This document shows positions 37,564 to 49,901 of a stretch of 64,000 nt of DNA, one piece after another; position 1 is the stretch's first letter, and every line of letters starts with the position of its first letter. The translations under genes and the position numbers were made by a program. The stretch comes from Phoronis australis (lineage: Eukaryota; Animalia; Phoronida). Location of the stretch: contig NMRA01000400.1 in assembly GCA_002633005.1 (NCBI GenBank), positions 344,476 through 408,475 of the forward strand, in the 5' to 3' direction. Under the pieces are notes generated by a model. The model worked only from the letters and a program-made list of their open reading frames with translations. It ran no database searches and was not told the DNA's origin.

Positions 37564-40500
37564 CGACGTTTCCATTGAGTTTATAGCAAAGTGGAACGGA
37601 AAATTTTGAAAATACTTTCAAGTTCTCTGTCGAGTAAATGGATTTAGGAGGTGATGATATAGGAGCATCATTTTTTAAATTATCGTGACCCATTTACATC
37701 AACCTCTAGCCTTTTTATATTGAATACCTTTGATTTACTCGAGTTATCCGACTAAAATATCTGATTGGTCTTTTATGTTGACATTCAGTTCACAGCCCAA
37801 TCATAAGTCCTAGCCACTTGTCCCATTAAACCAGCGAATTCAATTCAGTGCAGGTATTTGCACGACGTTACGATTCGTCCATTCGCCCTCAAATTGAGGT
37901 GTCCCGGCGTTCTAAGAACAAGTATGGGTATCTGGTACACTTGTGTTGGTCAATGATAAGCAATTCGTTGGAACAATTCATTTTCTTGATATGCTGTGGG
38001 ATTTGGTTCCGTGGAAAGTACACCATTCTAGTTACACTTAGGCCGTCCTTATTGTAGTAGTAGGGGTGGCCAGGAGAGCGTACCGTAAATGTCTTCCGAG
38101 AAAAGCAAGGTCTTACAAGGCATTGCAAAAACAAGAGAGTAAAGAGCAAGTGTTTTTTTTTTCGAAAATACTCAGGAGGTTACTAACATTTCCTAATTTT
38201 TCACCACATTAACAAGATATTTGATGGATGGCATTCTGTTATTTCACATGTATGTTTTGGATTTGACTTTACGTCCAATACCACTGAGTACTGAGAATAA
38301 GCACCATTTTCAAAAGTGCTTATTGTTGAACACTACGGGCGCACCAGATATCCGTGATCGGTCTTTAAATGACACAGTAAAACCGGGAGGTGTCCGGAAA
38401 ATGACCGACTGAAACATGGTGCCAATGCACATAGGCCACTAGGGTTTAGACACGAAGAAAAAAGCTCCCCTCAGCCGACGGCAAGTTTGCTCATAAGTAA
38501 GGGTCCAACCCGACAAAACTGGTTCCTCAGTCAAAAAGCAATCCCTTTCAATCCAACCGGGTCGGTATTATTCTTACAAAATTTCAAAATGAAGAAGAAA
38601 CAAAAAACACAAGGTCGAGGAATCCTTAAAAGATATCCTCACGCTGGTCACACTGACCAATCAATCTAGGAGAGGGAAGGGGGGGGGGGGGNGGGCAACC
38701 GCGAGTACCAGGGCGGAAAATAACCGTGTGCAGGACCGTGGGAAGTCCATGCAATATCACTGCCAATAATAATCCTTTGTCATCACAAAATTGGTGGTTA
38801 TCATCTGTCATTCGTAAAAATGTTAAGGCGCCGGCTGTTTCTATAGCCACACATGGCCATTTCAAATCTACGTCGTCAAATTTTAGCATGCGATTTGATT
38901 TGTAAAGCAAACATTTCTGAACAAACTATTGACGTTATATTTCTGTCAATTTTCCTATTCTTCATGCAAGTAGCCCACGAAGCATAATTCTTTCAAAATG
39001 AAAGGGATAAAAACATTATTTACGACATTTTAATTTCAAAGTTTCTGAATACAGTGACGCTGTGAAGACTTATGCTTCGGCTTTGGATGTAACTAATTGG
39101 ACGGGATGTTCTTTTGAGCGGCGATTTACTTGAAAACGGACACTTAACCGCGTAACTTAGCGAATAGGAATGTAAGCGGGAGCGAAGAAAAGTGGCGTCA
39201 TATGCAGATTGAAGTAAAGTAAAGCGAGGTAATTTGTCGTTTTTACTTTACAAACAAATCTATATAAAGTATGGAGCCCATTTAAAGAGCTTTGTTTCAC
39301 AAGAGAGTCTTCGGAAATACCCCCAACCTGTAAAATGAACCCCTTCGTAGATGGGGATTATGGTCGTGAAAAAATAGTCACGTGACCTTCTGTAAAAAAA
39401 GTACTTCGACATACGCATTTTGATACGGTAACTAGTGGTGCAGCTTCTCTTCTTGGTAAATCGTGTACAGAACTTTGGTTATATATATGTATACGCCCAT
39501 AACCGAGATTTTCAAGATGTTATCCTGAGCTGGGTTTTCCCAGGCAACTGTCCCAGTGATTTGGCTCTTGCCTACCAGCAACGTGATTTTTAGGGAGAGC
39601 AAATGCAATCCGAAATTTAAATTACATAAACATTTTTCTCCCTTGGAAAGTTTATTTCAATTGGAGTTTTGACATTCGCTATCAAAACTAATGCAACTGT
39701 ATGTTTTAACTCACTCAAGCATTTTTAATTGATGGCTGTTTTTCAAAACCAGATTTCGGTTTCACTTCCCGATGAGAACGTCAATGTAATAAATTACTTT
39801 GCTGTCCCTCTTTATGTAAACCTAAATAAAATTGTCACTGCATTTCTTATTTGCACATTCATTACTCACTTTCTACAACCAATTTCCTCAATATAAAATG
39901 GCCCCTTGCCACACTTTTTCTGACCTACGAAATGTCGTAATTACCCGTGACATCTGATTTGATAGTTCTCGTTCAACTGACTCGCGGTCGAGCCGATCTC
40001 GACACCTAGTGACTGCTCCAAGTTCATCGCGAAACCTTCTTTCTGCTTTCGTTAGCTACAAATGTGTTCAGGCCAGGCATGACAGAACCATTCTTAACCA
40101 GTTAAGCGGGGAAGTTGGAAGAAAATCGCACAGGGTTTTCGTACAATTAAAGGAACGCAGCACCAAAACACATGGCTAAAATTACATATACCTTGACTGT
40201 GAGACTCGGTTAGAAACGAATAGCATCCCAAAGGAAATGGCAAAATTTTGGCAAACGTAAAATCAATAATTGTAAAATGCCGAAAAGACAATGTACTCTT
40301 AAAATCCTAAGGATAGTATTTCCTTAGAAGATGTTTATTTGGAAACCATTTTTATGGTCCAGCACTCGCCGTGTGGCCAAATCAAATTACTGGACGTCTT
40401 AAAACCTGTTTTTTTTCATTTCGGGATCTCAATTTGCTCAACACGGAGACGACAGTTGAAACAAAAGAGTCTAAATTCAATTGTAAGTAAAGATTTCTAC

Positions 40501-41321
40501 ATTCTTATGTAATGCATAACAAAACTAAAATGACACTGTAGCAGGCTAACATTGTAACTTTTAAGGAAAAGGACTGGTTACGATACGTTTTATCTCGTAC
40601 TCGTAATCTAGAAATTGTAAATATCTGTACAAACATCATTCTTGTGGAATTTAGAAGGTACTCACTTTTCCGATCTGGAGTGCGCGCTCAATGACCAATT
40701 ACTATCCCACATTCAGTGTCATGGAGAAACCTGCCTTCTAGGCGACAATGTACATGACGTTTGTCCATCATTTTGTTTCGAATTACCAACCGCCCATTTA
40801 CTACTTTGAAAGACTACGTTGTTAAGTTGATGAATCTGATAGTATTGGTCCTGCTAAGAATACAATGCTGGAATTTTTTCACTGCTGTGTAGTGGGATGT
40901 ACTAATGCCTTACAAAAGGGACAAACATTTTGAAATGTCAAGTGATGAACGAGAACATCATGTTCCATACATTTCCCACTGCGAACAAGTATCAGCTGAC
41001 AAAGCCAGTTGCTGCAGCTGAGAAATCGTGAGAGTTTCGATCCCAGCCGGTATCAAAAAGCTAAAATATATTAATAAACTTATAAGACAACGGGAAAGGT
41101 GTAATTCATTCCTCTGGTTTTAAATTAATGAACCACTGTGTAGTAATTTAATTTTTGTCCAACAAATCTGAGTCGGAATCAAATGGAAGCCACTTTCGTG
41201 CTATCACTACTCTAGAGAGCATCATTATGAAAAGCTCCCCATCCTATAGGTTAATTATTTAGATAAACACAGTTGTAATCCTACCAAGAGATGAGTTTCA
41301 CAACTCCTGTGTCCGTAGTGT

Positions 41322-43144
41322 TTACTGGAGTCCAAAATCCGCGTACTTGAATACTTTCACGTTGCCAGTTTTTTCCTCCAACACGGCAACTTCACCAAGA
41401 CCAGTAAAAACAAGACCAGAAAGACGGCTGACCCCATTACGTACTATGACATGGGCCTCCTCTAACTGACCTGACATTATCACAGTTTGGTCTTCATGTG
41501 TCTTACTACGGACAGCAACCAGAATATATCCCCACTCATCAATACAAATTTCATAAGGAGGTCCGGCTAGTGGTCACTGGTTTTGATTATGGTTGGCTGT
41601 TTGTAATCAATCTTGTGTACACAATTTTCAAAGTGGTCATCAACCACCAAATGTCTCTCACTGTCAATGCACACGTACCGAGGTTTGAAAGTGCGCATTT
41701 CAAGTGTCTCTTTTGCTGACCTTTTTAGCATTGTTATATTCAGAATCAACAATAAGTACCCGGCTACCATTGGGATCTGTCACAACAAGTGTATGGTCGC
41801 GTCATGCCATAAAATTCCAATCTCCACTGTAGATCTTTGATTCACCCTTTTTCAGGTGCAGGCCTCTCTTGCTGTACTTCAACACACCGTGACGAATATT
41901 TCCCCTTTCTCATTACACTTTACATCTATTGGAAAATCTAGATTATGTTTATCTTGATTCACTTCGAATTTAAAATTCCAGTTTCACTGCAGAATATTTT
42001 CACCTTTGTTTCACTGGTAGGGACGAACCATTTGCCATTAACTGCCAGTCCACAGCACTGGCCAGGTGTATTTTCTCCTTCAATGAGTGTTTCGACGCAA
42101 CTCATTTGTGAAGCTGTTTCTCCCACAACTAGTTCTCTAACTTCCTTCACATATGACAAAAACCTTTGCTATTTCTCAAATTCGGCCATCACAACCATCT
42201 CTAAACTGGGCATCTCCAAGTTTTCAGGGTACAACTGGACTACAGGCTCGATCACTTCATTTTCCACTTTTTGAATACTCAGCTCCTCAAGACGATCTTG
42301 AAACTTGCAATTTTTCCATATCTTGAGCCGAGTCTAGAAGAGTTTTGGGGGGCATCTTAAAGTTACCTTGTACAAAGTTTTGGTACGTTTTGCTTCTCTA
42401 TATGCCATTTGAGCTTGCTCTCGGGCAGTGTTGACCTGCCAGACATCGCTTGTCTCGCCTTATCGTAAATGTCCTTTACCAATCTATTTTCAAAATCCGT
42501 GAACTTCTGTTGTATATCAGTTGGCCTTCTTGTCCTTTAAGACTGCTCAAGACCTTCTTTCGTTCAAGTGACAACTTTTCACAATGTTCCGTTGTCAGCT
42601 TCAGTTCTTCAAACAGTCTTCTCGTGGCGTCAGCAGCCTTCGTTACAGACTGTTCTATTCTGTTGCTTGTGTGCTGGTCGTTGTTACCCATTAGACATAA
42701 AGGGCACAGTGATCTGCCGCAATCTTCATAGAAAACCTCAGTTTCTTTCGTCGGATGCTCACGACAGTAAATCTGTGGAATTTGACGAATTGCATCAATG
42801 TGTTTACCGACATCTTCCAAACTGATCGTGGTGTGGTTGTAAGTTGAACGAGTGAAGCAGTGACTCCGGGCGCATTCCTGACAAAGATACGTCCGACAGT
42901 AAACACACAAGGTATATCCGTGATCGTCAAAACAATGAAGCTTGCAAATTTCACACTTCTCATCTGGTGAGCGATCGGAAATATGTTACTAATGATTTCG
43001 AGGTTCGTGTTACGTTTGATGCCTGCCACGCTGTCTTGAGCGTCGCAAACTGGACAAGAAACAGAGCCGTTCCGTTGATTTTTTCAATGTGCCACCCAAG
43101 ATATCCTCCACAAAACAAGTGCAGGTATGGCAACATCCGCGGTT
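41322..43144 (-). pseudogene. Decayed paralogue of the TRIM gene at 29116-31071
   Basis: Collinear similarity from PRMLPYLHLFCGGYLG through the B-boxes (CVYCRTYLCQECARSH, CREH) to a shared ...YADFGL* end; many frameshifts, stops and deletions. Confidence 0.92.
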
Positions 43145-44520
43145 CTCTAAGTCTCTAGATGTTTACTGTTTTGTAAAGGCAGTTAAGATAACATGGATGC
43201 GTAGGTTCTTAAAAGCCACAAATTCTACAGCATGGTTAAATCTCCTCTTAAACTCTGATTTGATATCATCGGAGTGTCTAACATTTGGGAACTATTTCTA
43301 CAAATATGCAGCATCTCAAACTGAGAACCTTTTTGGAAGGAACTATTTAACTTTCTGTATGATTTTCCTAATATAATGGATCAGGAAGAAATACCATGTC
43401 AGCCAATTTGGTATAACACTAATGTATTGATTGGTGGAAAAACTGTGTTTTGGAGAAGATGGTTTGAAACGGGTGTTTATTATACCTCAGACCTACTAGA
43501 CGAGCATGGATATTTGTTATCTTTTGAAGATTTTTGCAAAAAGTTCAATTTAGACCAATATTTTTGAATTTTTATGGGCTCAAAGAGGCTGTTTGTCAAA
43601 AATGGAAAATCTCAAAAAGAGACAAATTTTCCTTCTATGCACCCTCTATCCCAATTTTTGTGAAATTATTACTTGCAGACAAAAAGGGCACAAAACATAT
43701 ATACAACAATTGTGCTAAACAAATGTGCCAGGCCTTGGTCTGAGATGAGGTGGCAGGCAGAACTTGCAATACCAGACACTATTGAATGGTGGAAAAATGC
43801 CTACTTTGTGAACTTTACACTTGATGTGAAACTTCGCTGGTTTCAATTTAGACTGTCACATAGGAAAATTAGCTGTAACTCTTATCTTGTCAAAATCGGG
43901 GTAAGTAACATCCCCTTGTGTACGTTTTGTAAGAGTGAACCTGAGACTTTGCTTCACTTATACTGGCAATGTGATGTTGTTCAAAATTTTTGGAACAATG
44001 TTGAAGATTGTGTTAGAAAAAACCCCCAATATTTCCCTAGGTACAAATGTGCTTACAGTTTTCTTTGGAAACAGATGCAGAAGGCAGCCAATTCAAAATT
44101 TAATCTTGTGTCTCTGCAAGTTCCATTTATATAAGCAACGTCTCAAGGGTAAATCTCCAAATTTAATTGTATTAACAAAAGAAATTAACAGTTATTACTC
44201 CTGTGAAAAACATATTTATTCAAAAAAAATTACAAATGGAAAAAAATACAAACAGGTGGTCACAAATGCATAATTTAATAGCAATGTAAGGATATTTCAT
44301 CATTCCAAAATAATCTCTCCCCTTTTCAGAGCCATATACTACTACACTGTCTTGTATGTTTTTTTTCTTTTTCTTAAATGTATTTCAAAAATACGGTTCC
44401 AGTATACATTTAACTTAGTGAACTTTATTTTCATTGAATTGTAAAGTAAGGCAAGGGAACCCCAGACCTTTGTCCTTACTTATGTTGAACTGAGAGAATA
44501 AAAAATTTAAAAAAGAAGAA
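43145..44520 (+). mobile_element. 5'-truncated L1/Tx1-clade LINE 3' end
   Basis: LDVYCFVKAVKITWMRR, QPIWYN..I..GGK, KLRWFQFRL.HR and CTFCKSEPETLLHLYWQC zinc knuckle; AATAAA plus A-rich tail at ~44497-44520. Confidence 0.88.
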
Positions 44521-47120
44521 TCGCGGGTAGAAGAAATTGCCTGCAAGTGTTGCATCACCAGAGACGGTGACTAGCAAGTACACTGTCGCTATACAGTGTG
44601 TGTAGTTCGAAGATTCCCCAACAGGACAGACATCCAACAATTGAAGAGTCCTAGCTTGGATAGCAGATAAGACATTTGATTGTTTTGGTTGTTTGATTAA
44701 AGTAATCTTTAAAGAGGGCGCTAGTGTAGTTACTCTTTGTAGTTGATAACTTAATTAACAATAGGTTTCATTTGTCTAATTGGGGGTTATCATATAATAA
44801 ATTAATTACTGGATTTTATTATTCACTCTCCATCTACGCATAATCTCAATGCATAGCTACCTTTTAAACAAACCCACAGTCAATCTCTGACAGCTAGGTA
44901 ATACATGGACAGGGGCACAGGACAAAATTTCTCTCCCAATCCAAATCGTGCAGCAACAGCTTTGGGTCCACGCACAACTTGAACGGCGTGCGCCCGTCAG
45001 GTACAATACGTACACTGTACAAGAACGCCTGCAATCATGAATTATCTTTATTATTTTCACGTGAAAATAAAAAGCATCTTCTCAGCGTTAGTCCCACTAA
45101 GTGCCACATTGACGAATAGTCGGCAAACCGCGTTCGCCATTAGCGAAATATATTTCGCCCGAGAAGCCAGCTGGTAGTGTTGTCAAGGCAACCATGCGTA
45201 AAACCAAAGTTTCAGAAATATCATGACAAAATGCTTAGGCATTTCTCTTGTTACTATTTTGACGAAAGGTGAATGAGTCAAAGTCCCAGAGCCAAGTACA
45301 CTGAGTAAACTCTCGTAATTTTTTTTTTCATTTGGGCCATACACATGTAGGATGAGACGTCCATAGCAAATAATACAAGCACAAGATTTTTCCCTCAGCC
45401 GGTCTACCCCTATAGTTGGTTTCAATGATTGTGCAGCATCCTGTTCTACGTGAACCTCTAACAATGCGATCAACCGACATTGCTACCATTGTTGATTTAT
45501 GCATTCATTCCTAAAATTAGTGTATTTGAATAGTAACAAAGCGTTGATTTTATCACTCTGTTGCACCTGCTAGATCGGATATCAACAAAGTGAATTTGAT
45601 ATTTGAAAACAATCTATTCTAATTAGAGACTCATAAATGAAAGCATCCCAACACAAAATACATCAATCTAGTGAATATTATCGTATTCAAAGTACGTCTC
45701 TGATCTTTCGCTTTGTCACTCTAGGTTGACATAAAAAGAGGTGCATCAAGTTCAAAATGAAGAAAAATTACACACATTTCCCCATAAATAATGATAAAAA
45801 CCACTTTGATTTAAAACAACCAACGTTATGCGGTTTTTATTGAGCAATTTTGTGAATTCGATACATCAAACCACAATAATATTGACTTCAAACATACTCA
45901 CTCCATGGTGATCTTTTTGAAAAAGTAACAATAACAAAAAATGGCCCGGTTGTAGGAATCAAGCCTCACTCTTTTCCGGTTTTATAAGATTATACACTCC
46001 TTCTCTCTCTCCGAAGTTGCTCTTTTTAAAAGACAGGGTCTTGGCAAATTCCCCTTTGTCTCCTTTATGATTCCAGAATTAATATCTTGTCTGTATTGAA
46101 CAGAAATATAATTTTGCACAATTAATGCAAGACTAGTTATTGCAGTAACTCACACTAGAATCTCATTGAATTGGTACATCAATCACCAAATTCCACTGGC
46201 TGTAAATGTAAACAAATTTATGAGGGGTTCGCACTCATGTTGCAGACATGTCCATTTTACAAAATTCAGAAGTCAAGAACGCTTTCGTTACACGTCGAAA
46301 CTGTCTCAGCCTAGATCGAAGCCTTCTGAAGTTTTTGAGAGTCCGCCATCTTGGGTCTAATCGTGACAAAGCAATAGGTTTTGAGAAATGAAGGAGTTAC
46401 AAGTTGTGTCTGAACTTATGTAGATCCCAAAAAATACGACTTCACTGCTGCCTGTGATCTACCTAGCAATGTTGGACAATGTGCCATCTCGAAAACGACG
46501 AGGACCTCTAATGAGACTGAGTGAGTTAGAAAAAAGTATTATGATTCGAAATGAAAATGCTGTAAAAGAAAGCAACTATGACAGCCTCCTGATAATGTTT
46601 ACCTGCTCCAACATTGCTTAAACGATAGTCTAACTTATCAAGTTTTATACTGTATCGGTAAGCTAACACATGGAAAACAAGAATTTCTTTATACTTGCAA
46701 AATGAAACCGTCGAAGGCATCTACATTTCGGAATTTGCACTGGCCTATCTTCTGTAGACTACAGTGGCCCTTGTTTTTGTACTATTCCAATCAAGGTCTC
46801 AATACATATTGCTTGTAAGTTCTTGAGAAAGTTGGACATTTACCTTAGTATACGAAACAGATGCAGAATTCCACCCGATGGTACAGAAACCTATTTATCT
46901 TATGACACGAAAGATTCACCCACAAAACAAATCTAAAAGATTTCAGTCATCCTTAAAGAAAACCCCCACTAAGATGCAATCATACACTGTTATCTTTTAC
47001 TTAGCAACGCCAGCTATTAATCAAATGTCCGATTTAAGATTTATATTTATGTTATGGCAACAGTGTTGCTACGAAGAGTTTTTTGTTAACTTTAGGTCGA
47101 GGGACAAAGCTTAGAGCTAA

Positions 47121-49009
47121 TAGTCTAGACTCATTTCCTGAAAAGAGCCCTGTATAAGGTTCTAGAAGCATTTTTTAGTAAAAGTTGGGAACAAGACTTT
47201 TTCACACAATCAAGGTATGGCAAATTCAACTTACCCTGTTCCCACGCCGAATTTTGCATTTTTGACCATCTAATTTGCATAAACAAAATGGCGGCCAAAT
47301 TGTCAAGTTCAGATGTATTTTTGTAATAGAAATCACCATATACCATTCAAAATGGTGAAATGTCTCACCTGCACACTTCTAATAAATACTTCTTGAGCAA
47401 TACATCACTTATGAATACTAAAAAATGCAATTCTGAAAACTAATTATGCAAATTAGGTGCCGCCATTACCATACATTGTAATTTGCGTCTTAAGTTTGTG
47501 TTCCTGCAGGCTAACTTGAAAAATGAGTTGTTTATACTTATATTTTCATGGTCAACAAACATGCTAAAGACATTTTGGAGCAATTTATTTCATATTTATT
47601 GGGTTATAGATGTATACTTTCAGAATGTGGAAAAAATAGTCATTAATCTGCAATGCTCGTCAAGCAAGGTGTCACTAGTTTGATGGAATATAGGACAAAT
47701 GTTCACACTATCCCGTTATCTTCCATTCATAAAAAATCAATATAGTTATTGTTATTGAAGACATTAAATTCTCAGTTGCATGAATTATTTTCAGGCCTGC
47801 TGAACACAGCTTTAGCATTCACTTTTTGGTACTTTTTAACTTGCCTAAACCAGGCAAATCAAACTGTTTGCATACAAGGAATGTGCTGCTGGCATGAGCA
47901 TAATGATATGCATTGTCTGCTGTTGCGTTGTTTCTGGCATGCACACAATACCATCTCTAGGAAGCTGTCTGGGATAGAACTCTGTGTCATCAGTATGGGC
48001 TGCAAGCATAAGTTTGTGTGTGTTCCTCCCATATCAGAGGGTGCTGGGAGCTCAGGTATGGAACAATGATCATTTCGCCATACCTTGACCTGATAGTGCA
48101 CTCTCATCAGATGGAAACAGCGGGCATTATGGGTGAGGGGGAAGGATTTCTGGGTTCACGGGCTTGGAGAATAGTAAATGGCGTGCTACATCTACAGGTC
48201 GTGTTGTATATTCTGCAGTCAAATACTTCTGAAGCCATCGTAATTTGCTCAGTGATTTCACCAATGCATGGGTTCTTAAGCAATCTGTGATACTCTAGGA
48301 ACACCTTCCATGATGATTGGCAAAGTACGAGTTGGTGCCAAACCCGGTCACGGCATGAAAAGCAAACAAGGATGTTGCTGAGTCTCTTAGTAGTTTGTTG
48401 AAAAGTGCTTCAATAGGTATATATAGTCATTTCTTTGATGTGCCTGACATACAGATATGCCCACTTTGCATTTGTTGGAAGTGCGATACCAGAAACAATA
48501 GAACATCGGGTGTCCCTGGAAATACGACTGACTGTGGAGAGCATGCAGTACCAGTCTTGGATCTGCTTCTTCATGTGTGGATTTCAGAGTCCTCAAATCA
48601 GTCATATCCTTAGATGATTTAATTTACCTCCAGCTCATCTTTGAACCCTCCTGCAACCATAAACTCTTTATCTTCAGGCGTTTACAAACACAATTCCTCT
48701 GACAAGAAATGTGCTAGGTCTTCTTTATTCTCAGCCAGTGCCCGTAAATTTGACCAGTTTTGAGGAAGAGATACACCACGGCCTTCCAAAAATCACCTGA
48801 TTTTCTGTATTCCTTTACTAAGCTGTTTTCCTGTTGTGTATGTCACAGTTTCTTGTCTGTATCTGTCAAATACAATGTCAATTTTATGATATCGAAATCC
48901 TGTGTTTAGCACTGTTTTCATGAATGAATCAGTCAGGTTCTCGAAGGTCACATCACCATCAAGCTTCCCAAGAGCTACCAGCAATGCTTCGCCATCAAAA
49001 ATGAGGCAA
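47121..49009 (-). mobile_element. Academ-type DNA transposon, 3' part with TIR (segment 1)
   Basis: TIR TAGTCTAGACTCATTT at 47121; degenerate HEEADPRLVLHA (XPG/PIN-like) and Cys-rich C-terminus; duplicates 49905-51549. Confidence 0.75.
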
Positions 49010-49227
49010 AAGAGTTCTGTACTAAATAAATATGAGCTCTGCCCCAGAAATCGCTTTCGCATCATATCCAGGTTCTCGTTCACTCCTTTGCATACACACT
49101 AGTAAGACTGAGCTCACAGGAGTAGGAGACACAGTTGTGCTATGCTCGAATGTCTACCACCAAAACCAGGATTCGAATCGAGTCTCCCAAACGTGAGCCG
49201 GAGCTGAAACCTCTGAGCTACGCCGAC
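49010..49227 (-). mobile_element. Putative tRNA-derived SINE
   Basis: Minus strand starts GTCGGCGTAGCTCAGAGG (A-box-like) ... GATTCGAATCC (B-box-like); its 3' end abuts the truncated Academ segment. Confidence 0.5.
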
Positions 49228-49620
49228 TTCTGTACTTACAAGTTGTGCACCTACTGTAGTTGCAAAAGTTTGTCTTCAATTCTTTTCAATTTATGTCTGT
49301 CTCGAGGTTTTCTATCAAAGAGTTGATCAAGTGTTGTTGACGATCGCACAACACCATTTAGAGGTTGACACAAATGGATGATGGTCGTATAAGTGATAGA
49401 AGCCCTGTAATAATAATAGGTTAGATGCCTCATGTTATCCCAAGCACGACTTATAAGGTTAAGTGCAACAATTTTGTCCTATTCAGGCCACAATATGACA
49501 GACATTTGAAATTTTGTTTTGACAAAATTTTCAGCAGAAATAAATAAAATTTATACAAAATTTACTCAGACTGGTATTAACCGAGTGTGTAGGTGTCACA
49601 AAATGGCATTTTGATTATTA

Positions 49621-49775
49621 CCGTAAACTCAGGGGTTAATGCCCTGGGCACTCAAATTGGGAAACCCTGAGATGGGGTTGGCGATTACCCAAGCAATGGG
49701 CGCTAAACGGGAAATTGGCAAAAAGTTGGGAGTGAGCGATTACCTGGGCATGGGTGTTAACCCACGAGTTTACAG
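49621..49775. mobile_element. Tc1/mariner-pogo-type MITE
   Basis: TA|CCGTAAACTCAGGGGTTAATGCCC ... GGGTGTTAACCCACGAGTTTACAG; the right flank is CA rather than TA. Confidence 0.65.
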
Positions 49776-49901
49776 CAATCAGCCTTTGGAAAATAGAAGT
49801 GTGACAATGTTGGCAATTAATTTTGTGAATGATTGTCACACAGTAAAACTCGCAAAAGTTGTCCATGCACAAGTTAGATCTTGAACTAGGTCAAAGTTCC
49901 N

